Shown: in pieces, positions 51,405 to 64,000 of the stretch
How the letters are laid out: every line of letters starts with the position of its first letter
How positions within the stretch are numbered: position 1 is the stretch's first letter
Assembly: GCA_965112155.1 (NCBI GenBank)
Contig: OZ218098.1
Direction: 5' to 3' (one strand)
Source of the DNA: Podarcis liolepis
Taxonomy: Eukaryota
Length of the DNA stretch: 64,000 bases
Made by a program: the position numbers and the translations under genes
Notes under the pieces: generated by a model
Databases searched by the model: none
Told to the model about the DNA's origin: nothing
Seen by the model: the letters and a program-made list of their open reading frames with translations, nothing else

Positions 51405-51554
51405 GATAACTTTACCCACAAGTCAGAAAATAGGTGGCAGAAAATATAACTAGCTGTATTTAAATAGTTTTGAAGTCTGAAGCGTGACTTCTGAGGTGGT
51501 TTTTTGTTTGTTTGTGGCAGATGCTCTGAGGGGACTGAAAAGAACGTGAAAAGG

Positions 51555-52500
51555 AGGTGTTGCGGTCGGAAATGTCTGAGCGCGAGACTTTGGTCAAGGC
51601 TTTTATTCCGAACTATTCCCCCCCGGACCGTCTCGCCGTGGCGGGAGACGCGCGTGGCGCAGCCTCGTGCGTCGTATGTGTGTCCGTGAGGTTACCGCTC
51701 TCGGCCGCGGTGCTGACGAGGGAGCTCCAGGGTCGCAGGGCTGAAACCCGCACCTTTCTCCTCAGCTCCGGGGAGAGACCATTTTGTCGCCTTCGTTTAC
51801 ACAGGTCCCCGGGGGAGGGGGGGACGTTGAGCATATATGCACGTTATAGATTAGATAGATAGATAGAAAGATAGATAGATATGGTTGACGAGAGAGAAAG
51901 GGGGGGGGGGGAGCAGCAGCAGCACGAGCTGCCGGCGAGAAAGTTGCACAAGCGTCCCCTCAGCCGGAGGCGGGCGCTTTGAAACCCTCCCCGTTTCCCG
52001 GCGAACTTCCTTCCTTCCTTCCTTCCCTCTCCCTCGCTCCCTATTGAAAGAGAGCGCGAAACGGTGGCGGCTGGAGGAGACGCAGGGAGGCTCCCCGGTG
52101 CCCAAATGTGGGCGACGAGGGCTCTTCCTCCCCAGCCAAAAGGCGCCACACGCCTCCGTTCGCCGCCCCATATGCTGGCGGGGAGATGAGCCCCACGTGA
52201 CGTGGGGTTGAGGAGGGTGGTGGGACCAGCAGTTGTCTGCTTTCCAGCCTGAAAGGGGCGGTGGGGGGGGGGAGGCAGGGTGATTTTGAAGAGAGGCAGC
52301 GCTAAGATCCCTTCCCCACCCACCCACCCCTCCCCGCTTCGGGTTGGTGCTTGGCTGCTAATTTGCCCACATCTGGTTCTGTGCTCAGCCCTTCCCCGCC
52401 CCCCCCCCGCCGCATAACAGGAGGGTTGCTATGGAGCCAGGAGTGTTTTGACACCACACAAAAACACATTTTGCACCCCCGCCCCGAAGGACTTGGTGCA
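51555..52500. promoter_or_regulatory. CYP27C1: Intronic CpG island in CYP27C1 intron 1
   Basis: Marked GC and CpG enrichment relative to flanks; interrupted by (GATA)n at ~51847-51881; G-runs; palindrome CCCCACGTGACGTGGGG at 52191-52207. Confidence 0.7.
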
Positions 52501-55126
52501 TTTGCCATCCACGCTGTTCCTGGCACTTGACAGCGCTAACGTTTTACATCTGCTTCGCTAAGCCTTTCATCCCAGGGACCGGTTGTTTTGCTCGACATGT
52601 GGGACTGCTTTATTTGCCTCGGGAGGTTGGCCTCAGCAGGTTTTAAAATGGATTACTCTCTCTCTCTCTCTCTTGCTACCTTGACCATCAAATACTGCAT
52701 ACTGGGAAGTTTTGTAGTTGTGAGTAACCGCTGAGGGGTCCTTTCATATTCCCTTGCTAATGAAAGATAAGATATGATATATCCTGCTAATATATTTAAG
52801 AGGGTATTCTCAGTGGATCTTAGTGCTCACAGGTAAAGGTGGGGGCAAACAGGAGTTAAGAAATGCATCACAACGTTATATTATTATGAATACAGTAATA
52901 AATTGTTATTCATTCGTTTCTATATGGATTAATGCCAAAAGAGCATTCTTAGTGGTTTATAAGTATGAAAACCAACTGTGCAATCAATCAAATAGAAATA
53001 TCCATAATTAAAACACACAATGAAACAATCCAGTTAAAAGAATCCGCAATTAAAATATTCAATTAAAAAACCACAGTAATTAAAATAGGAGACTCTCGAG
53101 AGATCAAGGGAATGCTTGTGTAAACAAGCATGTTTCAAAAACCAGTGGAATACCAATACAGGTGGGACCTCCTATATTTAAGTAAGGGATGCATTTCCTA
53201 ACACTGGTGCCACCAATGAAAAAGCCTGCTTCCTTGTTACCACAAGCTGATCATCATTAGGCTGTGGCAAGACTGCTGGCTGATCTTAATGCAATGGAGA
53301 GGATTTTGGTTTTTCAAGCATACTGGTCCAGAGTTGTTCAGGTCTTTATATGCAATTAAGAATACTTCAGAATTGGCTTGGAGGCTAGCTAAGTAGTCAA
53401 ATGCATTGATTTCAGATTGTAAAACTGACAGATCACAACACATGCTCAGAATATCAGTTCAGTATTTTCTGGATTTAGTTTGCCAGTTCACTTACATCCA
53501 AGTTCTAGGCATGTTAGAATCCATGTGGGATCTTATGCAGCTTCTGGATTGGATGAGGAAGAAAGATAAATTGGGATGGCAACAGCATATAGAGATCTCA
53601 CCAAATCTTGTTGTCTTGCTGCTCAGTTGTACCTTATACACACTGAATAAGGGAAGGAAATGGAAGAAATCTGGAACTGGAAGGCAAGGACCAGAGAGTA
53701 AAAGACATATGAAAACTTAGGGAAATGACTTACTGACATCTTCTGGGACTGACTTGCAAAAGGAGATATCATCACTGCTACCACCACCTCCTACATGCTC
53801 ATATAAAAGGGGCATTTACAATCTGCGTAACCAACCTAGCAAGCTTATCCAAAAGCTTGTGGGATAAATACCTACCAAATTCTAAGTCACATTGCCCATT
53901 AATTGTAGACTGAAGGCTGGCTCGTAATTAAACCCCCTTCCCAATTCTCTTCATCTCAATCCCCTCTTCCTCTGGAACCAGTTTTCAAGAGGTGAAAACT
54001 GTCAAGAAAGAAACCCCCACGCACTAGCAGAGGTACTGTTCCATGGCAGGAACTTTGGGTCCAAATATCAATCTACCTGCTCAGGAAATTCAACAACAAA
54101 ACTCATTCTGCAAATGTAATAAGAAGGCAAGGACACATCTAAAATGTTATTCTCCTTCAATGTAGCAGCTAAATCAGCTTGGATACAAACAGTTTTTCTT
54201 TCAACACATTTTGCAAATGTAGCACAGCAGATAACCAGGGCTGATTTGTTGTCCCATTAGAGACCTGGATATAACAGGCCCATAGCTACCCAGGAAAGTT
54301 CAGCTGATTGACCACTGTCGATACAGTGGTAGTAGATACGGTAAGTAAGATTTTCACATCACCATCACTACCACAAAAGAACACAGGCTCTGGTCTGTGT
54401 TTGGTCATCCCTACCTCTTCATTGTCTTAAACTCTACAGAATATTAGGGATCAAACCTGAAGAGACAGGGAGACAATTGGCAACAATGGGGACTCATTTT
54501 TTTCTTTTTAAGAAAAGAAACTGCTGGAGGGTCACAACTGGGGAGGGAAGGAATAACCTTCCTGTCCCCTGGCTGTAATTATTTAGATAAAAACAAGAAG
54601 CCTAGCTTCTATTACGCATGAAGCATAATGCACAGCCGGACCATGAACTGTGGCATGTAGGATAGTGTGTCTAGGAACAATAGTGTCAACTGCTCATACT
54701 ATCTGCTTGCTTTAGAAGTTGACTAGTACTTCAGTGGGACAACTTGCAATATTGATTTGAAGGAAATTCCCTGGAGAGCAGTCAAGAAACCGTTTGTAAC
54801 CATTAGCCTTTATATAGGCAGATTATCCTAACTACTATTACTCTCTCCCAAGAAGGCTGTATTCACTATAAAGCTAATCACCAGGTAAGGATTTATCCAT
54901 GTTGTTGTAACTACATTTCCCATGTATTGATCTCCAGTGTCCTGTCCAGTACAAATCCAAGGTGCAATTTGTAGTATAAGTAGGTTCTGATCCGTACCAA
55001 GAACAGCCCACTCGTGCCATTAAGTCACTAAAGAGGTCTCAGCATGGATATCAAGATTATTTCACAAATACTTAATAAAGAACAGCACCAAATATCACTG
55101 AAAGAGGGTCCAGTTTCCAGAAGCAT

Positions 55127-55467
55127 TTTGTTGTTGTTTAGTTGTTTAGTCATGTCCGACTCTTCGTGACCCCATGGGGCACGCCAGGTACTCCTGTCTT
55201 CCACTGCCTCCTACAGTTTGGTCAAACTCATGCTGGTAGCTTCGAGAACACTGTCCAACCATCTTGTCCTCTGTTGTCTCCTTCTCCTTGTGCTCTCAAT
55301 CTTTCCCAACATCAGGGTCTTTTCCAGGAAGTCTTCTCTTCTCATGAGGTGGCCAAAGTATTGGCGCCTCAGCTTCAGGGTCTGTCCTTCCAGTGAGCAC
55401 TCAGGGCTGATTTCTTTAAGAATGGATCGGTTTGATCTTCTTGCAGTCCATAGGACTCTCAAGAGTC
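55127..55467 (-). mobile_element. RTE-BovB LINE 3' fragment
   Basis: ORF RVLWTARRSNRSILKEISPECSLEGQTLKLRRQYFGHLMRREDFLEKTLMLGKIE...RWLD matches the BovB C-terminus; (CAA)n-type tail; near-TSD TTCCAGAAGCAT / TTCCACAAGCAT. Confidence 0.92.
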
Positions 55468-57354
55468 TTCCACAAGCATACTATTGTTATTTGACAATTG
55501 TTCCAATTCATCAGCAAGGCCTCAGCACTTGGTATGATTGCTGTATATTACCTTCAAGTTCAGAGGAAGCATGGCTCTGGAAACTAGTGGCTGGTACACC
55601 CTCAACTCCTGCCTGTGGGCTTCACAAAGGCATCTGCATGTTAGACTCCTCATATCACCCATGCATTTATTGAAAATATTGACATAAAAGCCACCCTTTC
55701 ACATTGTTGGTTGCACAATAGAAAGGGGATAGCTAATTAAATAATCAACTCAAACATTTTGTTTCAATTCTACATCCATGTAGGGAAATAAACCATTTAC
55801 AGTTTATTGGAAGCTACAGGAAGTGGTAGCAAGCAAGTACATGACTCAGTCTGTAATACTGTGTAGCTTTCTTGTTCAAGAGTTTTATGCAAACCACCAC
55901 ACTTATGCAACTCTCTAAAAGAATTAATAAAACTCTGTTAAGAACGTAAGTGAATAGAATAAAAAATAATAATCTGAAACCTTTGAGCAATCACAGCCGC
56001 TACTTAAAAGATGCAGTCTGACATGCAGAATGTTCCATGCATCACACCATATGTGAAAGTGGGGGAGGGAGTTGAGTGGTTTTACAATGAAGGTTCTGTT
56101 TGTCAGTAACCTGACTCCAACATTAAGCCAGGCCACAACATCTATGCCTAGCTCTGCTTTGGTTAAAGAGAAACATCTTTCATTTAGAAGAGCTATAGCT
56201 ATGCAATGTGTTCTCTGCATTGTTAAGCAAGAAAGCAGAGAATGAATTTCCCACCCCCCAACAATCTATATATTTGCATGTGAAGTGGTATGTGACATTA
56301 GCGGGATGGACGGACATAAATTATAAACAGTGTTTTAATGACTGAACAAAGATTAAATGCTTGTATGACATTGGTGAGCGCAGTGAGCAGGCAATATTTC
56401 ACAGCACAGCATTTAAACGTCATTGGGATTATTAGGAGGTTTTTAAAAATCATTTGCCAGATTTAGATTTTCTGTTTCGTTTTGGTGAAGAAAGCCCTTA
56501 TCTGCATCACTACTGAGGCCACAGCAGACTGGATCCCTAAATTCTCATGAGAGCAGAACTCTCACAGAATACTCCAGCTGGCACATGCCGGGTAATGTGA
56601 TTTTCACTTATTCTGTTCTTTTTCTGCAGCCCTCTGTGCTCTCTGAAAATATGCCTTGGAGGCCTGGGGACCTCCAGGAACAACATGGGGGGGGGGAGGA
56701 ATGGATGAAAATCACCACCTTTCCCTCTGCCTGCAGAAGTCTTCCTTGGATGAGAGTTCTTTCTATTCATAGAAGGGCAGTTTAAGATCCAAGCCGTAGT
56801 TCTTGAATGCTGAGCATAATTTCCAGAAGAATCTCAGAATTCTCAAGCACAACTTTAGTTTTTCTTTCTTTAAATAGATTTTGTTGCTCAGTTTTGAAAT
56901 AAAGTGGTTCAGTCACAATTTATTAAACAAAGTATAATATTTCATCTTTATGTAATATAATCTGCTAGGGAAGGCACTTTTTAAAATTCTTCATAGTTCA
57001 AATGTTTTTCACCAGCTCTTCTTTCATAATTGTCCTCTTATTGTCTCCAGCTGGCAGAGATTCATTGCTATATGAATAAGCCTTCTTCCCTCTAAAATTA
57101 TATATAATTTTGCAATGTATTTAAAAGATTAAAGCTGCTGTAAGGTGGGGACATTTAAGGGCATGTATTTTTTCCCTTGGCAATCAGTATATAGACCATA
57201 AATAGATTTTTCCAAGAAATGGGAAAACCAAAAGTATTGCAGAAGGAAGAACTGAACAAAAATGGAATATTTTGCTTACTAACATGGCTGTTCCTAGAAA
57301 CAAAAAGCAACCCTCAACCCACTAGTCTGTGATAGTTACCAACCAACTGCTAAT

Positions 57355-58745
57355 GTTTTCTTGGAAAGGAGATTGAAATGGTTGTGGTGGATGAGCTGTA
57401 GCCATTCTTGGATGAAGCTATTTTCATCTAATTTCAGTCTAGGTTCAGATCTGGATTTGGGACTGAATTGCCTTTGTTTGTCCTGATGTATGACCTTCAT
57501 TGGGAGAAGGGGAGTATGCTCTTGCTTCTTCTGCTTGATCTCTTAGCAGCTTTTGATACCATTGGCCACAGTATCCTTCTGGACTGGTTTTGTAGCATGG
57601 TGTTGTGGGCACTTGGTAGATCCCATACTGCTTGCAGTGTTGGTTCCAGAGAGTAGCTTTGGAGGAGTGCTGTTTGCGCCTCTGGAATTTGTACTATGAG
57701 GTTCTGCAGGGCAATATTATTTCCCAAGGCTGTTTAATATCTGTATGAATGTGTTGGGATTTGGAACAAAGTGTTACCAGTATGCTGAAGACAAATATTT
57801 CTATTCCTCTGTTAGATCCGAGTCAGGAGTACAGGCTCTGCACAGAGCTCAGTGCTAGGTGGGTTGAGGGCCAATAAACCTATGGAGAAATTCAATACAG
57901 TGCTAAGTGGTGTATGCATGTGGGGAAGGGAGTATATTCTCACAATGGGACTTTCCTCCATCTCTTCTGCCCATGTGCCCCCTAGCATGCTCCCAAACCT
58001 GGAGGGAGGTGGGAGTTCCACTGCATGAGCAGACCTCATTCTGAGCACACAACAACTTAGTTGAATCCCTCTTTTAGTTTAAAACCTGGCAGTGTGGAAG
58101 CCCTGTGGGTGAGTGGTTTCTGTGTCTGGGAGATAGGTCAGCAACCTGCTCTAGGTGGGGTTGCATTCCCTCTGAAGGAATATCTATATAGTCTCCTGTG
58201 TCACCTGAGGAGCATGTGGCCTTGGTGGGTAGGAACGCCTTGTGTCAGCTTTAGTTGATTAGACAGCTATGGCTTTTCCTGGCCTAAGGAAAGCTTGCCT
58301 GCTGTGGTCCTGGCACTGGCAACCTGAAGACTGGATTAATGCAATGCACTTAATGTGGGGCTTCCTTTAAGATTAGTCCAGAAACTGCAGCTGGAGCAGA
58401 ATATTGCAGATAGGTTGTTGACTGGGACAGCCAGTCAGCACCATATAGCACCTGTTCTGAGGGTGCTGTACTGGCTACCAACTTGCTACAGAGATCATTT
58501 CAATGTTTTCCTTTTAGCCTTTGAAGCCCTAAACAGTCTGAGACCAGGTTACCTAAGGGACTGTTTCTCTTCATATATATATCTTTGCCTGGAAACAGCA
58601 CTATTCAGTTCTGTATGCCCCAGATGTGTGCTTAGCATACAATAGAAACTGGGTTTTTACAGTTTCAGCTCCAGCCCTCTGGAATAAGTTACATTTTGAA
58701 ACACCTAGCATTCTTATATTTAGACAGCCAGTAATGATATTTTTA
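57355..58745 (+). mobile_element. Decayed L2 LINE, interrupted by a palindromic insert at ~57883-58071
   Basis: LLDLLAAFDTIGHSILL (RT LDLSAAFDT motif) and GLPLRLVQKLQLEQNIADRLLTG...HIAPVLRVLYWLP (L2 ORF2 end). Confidence 0.8.
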
Positions 58746-58828
58746 TTTAAGAAGACTTTCATTTACCCTGCCATTTTATGGAATAATAACTGTCTAATTG
58801 TATTACTGGCTTTATAGACTTCCATTTA

Positions 58829-59068
58829 CAGTTGTATCTCGGTTCCCAAATACCTCCATTGTCGTACATTTTGGTTCTCAAACACCGATAACTTGGCAGT
58901 AAATGCTTCCACTTTTGAACGTTTTTTGGAACCCGAATGTGCAACATGGTTTCTGCTGAGTGCAAGAAGCTCTTGCAAGCAATGGAAAGCCGCACCTCAG
59001 TTTTTGCATGTTTCGGAAGCTGAACAGGTTTCTGAAATAGATTCTGTTCAAGAACCGAGGTACCACTG
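58829..59068. mobile_element. Tc1/mariner-superfamily MITE
   Basis: TA-CAGTTGTATCTCGGTTC...GAACCGAGGTACCACTG-TA. Confidence 0.8.
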
Positions 59069-59786
59069 TATAAAGTTCTTAATCTTTCATATTTTATACT
59101 TTATCTTCCTTTATTGTACACTGCTTTGTTAAGTTTTTATTATAAAGTAAAATAAATAAAATGTCACTTCAAAACATTAAAAATGTGGGCAAAGTTCCAT
59201 TTCAGGTTTGTTGGAATTTCTTAACTTTCTGTTCTTGTTCCAATCCTTACACACTGTAAAAAATTATTCAGACACATCTAATGTTGACTATGTCAAACAC
59301 TTATAATGTTTATAAATATATATTGTTTGCATGCTCTAACAACACATTCTCCTGAACTCTAATAAACACATTTGACCACTGGGGTGGTGGAAAGAGAGCA
59401 TTTTCATAAGTTTCACAACTGGGCAAAACAGAAAGCACACCTGACCTTTTACTTCAAGTTCTTGAAATTATGTACCATGCCTGAAGCGAACATATTGTTT
59501 TTAATTCCCTGGGTCAGAATACAGATTTGTCCATGGCAGAACTTGTAATGTTGCATTATGAAGAGGGAACCATGCCCTGGGGGAATGCCCCTGGGCTCAG
59601 ATTAAAATCAGATTTTGCTTCAGCTCCTTGAGTTTTGCAACAGCAGCTTTTCAGGTGCCAGGGAATCTGGGAAACCAGGCTATAATGTAGTTCATTACTT
59701 CTAACTGCATAGCCATATGAATATATTTTTTTCTTGCTGGTAAGAATGAATAATGTATTCATCTGAAATTTACTTTTCGTTCATAG

Positions 59787-59977
59787 CAGAAGCACGTTCG
59801 GGAATATGGAAAAATTTTCAAGTCTCATTTTGGTCCCAAACTAGTTGTATCCATTGCAGATCGAGACATGGTTGCTCAGGTTCTTCGGGAAGAAGGATCC
59901 GCGCCACAACGAGCTGACATGGATTCCTGGCAGGAATACAGGGATCTACGAGGGAGAGCTACAGGACTTATATCTGC
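59787..59977 (+). CDS. CYP27C1: CYP27C1 exon 2
   Basis: 191 nt; QKHVREYGKIFKSHFGPKLVVSIADRDMVAQVLREEGSAPQRADMDSWQEYRDLRGRATGLIS; TAGCAG tandem acceptor. Confidence 0.94.
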
Positions 59978-61716
59978 GTGAGTGCAATGGTATTTTTGGC
60001 ATTACGTTGCCAAACAATGTTTATATCTTTGGGTTTCACACAAAAGACACTGATGATACATTTTAAACTGTTTTTGATTAATGCGTTTCTTGAAAGAATG
60101 TGCTTGTAGCATGATTATATACCTATGGGGATGAGTGTTGGCAAATGCCTTTAGGGAACCTTCAGAGTAATTATTGATGCAATGTGCTTATTCCAAAGAA
60201 AGCCAATCCCTTTATGACTCACAGACATTCTTCTGCTTTTATCACATGATAACATTGCAGCAGCTAAGTGCTTTATGTAGTAAGAACTAGGCTGTACATT
60301 AGTAAAGGTTAGCAACATCTTAATGCTACAGTATGGACAAAAATAAATGTATTTCTTTTGTAAGTCTAGAGATGGAATGTTCCATTTCCCCCATAGTAAA
60401 CGCGTAAGGTGACAATGTTAGTCAAATTTAAAAAAAAAAATTATTGGAATGTTAGTCATTCTCAGAGTAAACCAATAACTTAAGTCCATCAACATCAATG
60501 GATCTATTCGGTGTTTGACTAACACAGAATGTCACCCATTTTTAATATGCAGTCAAACCGTTGTATGTTAGGCTTCAATCACCCCACTGTTATATATATT
60601 TAAAGTCCACTGAAGTGAAAGGCATTTAATTTGAAATGGCATGGCACAACTGAGAAAGCGAACATGTAATAATTAGACTTAAAGTATAATATCCACTTGT
60701 ATCACCTTGCTTGCAGCATTTTGCTTGCTTAAACGACTTCTTATGTAAATGGGGCTTATTGATCCTCTCCTTCCCACTGCAGCCACCCACATACCCCAAG
60801 GGCACAGTGGAGTGAAGGAGAAGTGTGACCTCCATCAGGTCCACTAGCTTAACATCAGATCTCCCCTCAATATACTTAAGAGTATAAGGAAGCTAGCAGG
60901 GACTAGATGCATTTCATGGAAACAGGGGGCAGGAAGCAAACTCTGATCAAATTGGTATGAGTGGTATGGGTCACATTCTTCTCAAAACTTCTAATTAATT
61001 TACATGTGAGTTGTTATGACACCCCATTGCCTAGTTTGATATATATTAATAACAAAATTCAGTAGCACTGATCCAGATATATTCCACTATACACAAAGAT
61101 CTCCGCTGTTCAAACAACAGTGCTAGGCACCTTTTTTGGAGGAGGGGGAAATGGGGAGGCAGCTGGACTTAATTGTATCCTAACTGATCTGATCAGACTG
61201 CACAATTTCACATGTGTGAGCACACCTCACCTCTAGGGTGGCCTCTTATGAATCAGAAAAAACTATCAAAACAAGAGGACAAAAGAAGACACAGGTTTGC
61301 ATATGCTAAAGCACAAACACACATTTAGAAACGAGTCTCAAATGGAAATATATAATCTCAATATAGTAGCGACAGCTGAGACCAGATGAACTGTTTGCCT
61401 ATTCAGTCTGCTTTTCAAGTGCTAATTGTTGATGGGCAACTTAAAGGGCACTGCTATCTCTTTTTATGGTTATTTATCTTGAAACTAGACTTGGACCAGT
61501 TTGTAAAATATGTAATATATAACCAGTAAGGCAATGTGCTATCTGCTTCTTGTTAAATCTAAATGATTGAATAGTCAGCACACAAATATTATTCCTGCAA
61601 CAACACTTTCAAGAATAGAAACATTTGGTTAAGGCTTTCTAATGAGAGATGCTCTCTTTTTTTACTTATTGACATAAATAATTATTTAGATCATTTTAAA
61701 CTGTTATTTCTTCCAG

Positions 61717-61916
61717 AGAAGGGGAACAGTGGCTAAAAATGAGGCGTGTACTAAGGCAAAAAATGGTAAAACCCAAAGATGTTGCCGTTTTCTCAGGAGG
61801 AGTTAATGAAGTTGTTGCAGATTTAATTAAGAGAATCCACATTCTCAGAAATCAAGAAGAAGATGGGGAAACAGTGACAAATGTTAACAGCCTTTTTTTC
61901 AAGTATTCAATGGAAG
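61717..61916 (+). CDS. CYP27C1: CYP27C1 exon 3
   Basis: 200 nt; EGEQWLKMRRVLRQKMVKPKDVAVFSGGVNEVVADLIKRIHILRNQEEDGETVTNVNSLFFKYSME (C-helix WxxxR). Confidence 0.95.
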
Positions 61917-62439
61917 GTGAGATTGATCATTCATTCTTAGAAATTAATGGAAGATGTGGCTGTGTAGGTGTTTCATCAACCATTATTGCTTATTATTATT
62001 ATTAATATTATGATCATCATCAACAACAACAACTGTTCTTGCATTACTCAAGTTGGCAAAAGGAACACACTTATGTTCTACACAAAGGTACAACGTCTCG
62101 ATAAGCAGTATTCAGCTATTAAGGAGAACAATATAATTGTCTCGCAATACATTCCACAGTACATCACTGGTAGTTGACTTTTTTTGCTTGCAAAGTGCAC
62201 ATGTGGTGTTGGACGGCTGCTCACAGACTGCATGGACATGGACAACAGTGGATGGAGCTGGTGTCATTAATAGGCATACATTGGTCCACATATATGGCTC
62301 ATCTGTGCTGCAGATGGATAAAGTTGCACTGTACGTTATTCCTCTTCAGTGTAATGTAGTGCATTATTCAGTGTTTGCACCATTACACCATATGCTATGT
62401 GTATGTTGCCTTACTCCACAAAAAATGCTGTGTGTAAAT

Positions 62440-62766
62440 CAGGGCTGGATTTAGGTTTCATGAGGCCCTAAGCTACTGAAGGTAATGGGGCCCTTTATAT
62501 GTCCAGCTGTCCTTTGTCAACAACAAATTATTACTGTTTTAGTGTTGAATATATGCTATATGGTCATTAATGGACCTAATAGGTATCTAAAGCCATTTGC
62601 ACATAACAAAATAGGTATTTTATCAAAGTAATTGTTGAACTGAAATACAATTAAGAAGAAGTATATTAATAGTGAATTACAATTTTCCTTTAATTTTTTT
62701 GGGGGGCCCCAAGAGAGTGGAGCCCTAAGCTATAGCTTGTTTAGCTTATACGTAAATCCGGCACTA
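62440..62766. mobile_element. Non-autonomous hAT DNA transposon, copy 2
   Basis: CAGGGCTGGATTTA...TAAATCCGGCACTA; perfect 8-bp TSD GTGTAAAT (62432-39, 62767-74). Confidence 0.9.
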
Positions 62767-62965
62767 GTGTAAATGTACAGACAATATTATAGCCATGCAG
62801 CTTAATCCCATGTGTGTTGAGACAATGGGCCTCCCTCCCAGATATGTGCATAGGACTGGGCCATTGGTTTTTGTTGTGGGGGTGTTTGCTAGCTTTCTTT
62901 AGTTCTGCACTTTGAATTACTTTGGAAAGGAAAAGAATAAATCCCAAGGTATTTTTATTCTGTAG

Positions 62966-63175
62966 GAGTGGCAACTGTTCTGTATGAGTGCCGCCTGGGG
63001 TGCTTGGAAAACCAGATCCCCCAGAACACTGTGGAATACATTGAAGCTTTGGAGTTGATGTTCAGTAGTTTCAAGACTACCATGTATGCAGGAGCCATTC
63101 CCAAATGGCTTCGTCCAATTATTCCAAAACCTTGGAGAGAATTCTGTAGATCATGGGATGGACTCTTCAGATTTA
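62966..63175 (+). CDS. CYP27C1: CYP27C1 exon 4
   Basis: 210 nt; GVATVLYECRLGCLENQIPQNTVEYIEALELMFSSFKTTMYAGAIPKWLRPIIPKPWREFCRSWDGLFRF. Confidence 0.95.
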
Positions 63176-63878
63176 GTAAGTTGTTTTTTTCCCCCAATCA
63201 TTTTGGTTTCATAAGTTTGCAGTAGTTTGGAGAGCAATGTTTTCCTCTTCCTTAATAAATGTAGCAAGGCATTAGTGCAGTTCAAGGATGTATTCCAGCA
63301 AGGCAGAAGCAGCCAGGGAAGGCGTAGAGCAGGACCAGCAAGGGATGGGGCATGAGAAGAGGGTGTGTGCTCTAGGGAGAGTCTGAGGGGCCAGGCAGAG
63401 AGACCTAGAGGGCTGCATTTGGACCTTGGGGATGAGGTTCACCACGCCTGCTTTAGGCCATTCATCATCTTCCAAACTATGGTTTGGAGACTTTAGAGGA
63501 ACATCTCAACTGAGCCTGACTTCTCATTGCACCTTACCTAGAAAGCAAAAAGAAAAGAAAATCTCATATTTCAGCCATGTTAATGGCCATGCCGCTTCCC
63601 CTGCTTTGAGTATAATTTGCTGTATAACAGAATTTATGTGGGGCTGTAGTTATGTGCTTTGCCCAGCAGATCACTTTGTTTAGCAGAGCTAGAACAGTTT
63701 TCTAGCAAGCAATGTGCAATGAGCTTACAAAAAAAAAAACAGCACACAACTCTAAACCTGTTATGAAAGCCCTGTGTTGTTTGCTGTCACCAAATGACAA
63801 ATGAGAAATAACAGTTTGAGAAATGAAATCTCACTGATTAACAAATGCATTCCCCCTTCTTCTTTCTTCATCGCAAAG

Positions 63879-64000
63879 GTCAAATTCATGTCGACAATAA
63901 ATTACGTGATATAAAGTCCCTTTTGGACCAGGGGAAAGAGGTAGATGGTGGACTTCTCACAACTCTGCTTAATAGTAAAGAACTTACAGTGGAAGAAATC
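63879..64000 (+). CDS. CYP27C1: CYP27C1 exon 5 (truncated by window end)
   Basis: aag|GT CAA ATT CAT...; SQIHVDNKLRDIKSLLDQGKEVDGGLLTTLLNSKELTVEEI. Confidence 0.92.

Noticed and set aside
51504-52526. ORFs and a possible cryptic exon (acceptor at ~51520) in the CYP27C1 intronic island
   Set aside because: No recognisable protein similarity, ORFs run through microsatellites, and no convincing donor; cannot be supported without RNA data.
56527-56792. Loose inverted-repeat structures (similar ones at ~34565-34960 and ~36110-36300)
   Set aside because: Highly degenerate and most likely old palindromic MITEs; termini and TSDs could not be fixed with confidence.

Overview
Eukaryotic (vertebrate) genomic DNA, most likely from a squamate reptile and probably a lacertid lizard. 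This is inferred from Sauria SINEs, BovB, CR1, L2 and small hAT/Tc1-mariner MITEs. Three spliced protein-coding genes lie head-to-tail on the + strand, in the same order and relative orientation as the human MAP3K2-ERCC3-CYP27C1 cluster. (1) The last five coding exons of MAP3K2/MEKK2 (kinase domain, stop at 7605), followed by a probable ~12.5 kb 3' UTR. (2) The complete 15-exon ERCC3/XPB gene (ATG 22530, stop 40542, 2343 nt, 780 aa), whose last intron is GC-AG. (3) Exons 1-5 of CYP27C1, the vitamin A1-to-A2 3,4-desaturase (ATG 50685), running off the window end. Nearly all ORFs in the supplied track are spurious or TE-derived. The most unusual signals are a 935-bp hAT element in ERCC3 intron 2 carrying CpG-island-like cargo with a splice donor and (TTAGGG)3, and a second, different 125-bp hAT MITE in ERCC3 intron 1 that also carries TTAGGG repeats. 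Others are an Ala in the MEKK2 activation loop where Val is expected, a 119-nt near-perfect intronic hairpin, and candidate regulatory structure around CYP27C1. No wholly new gene system is demonstrable from sequence alone.
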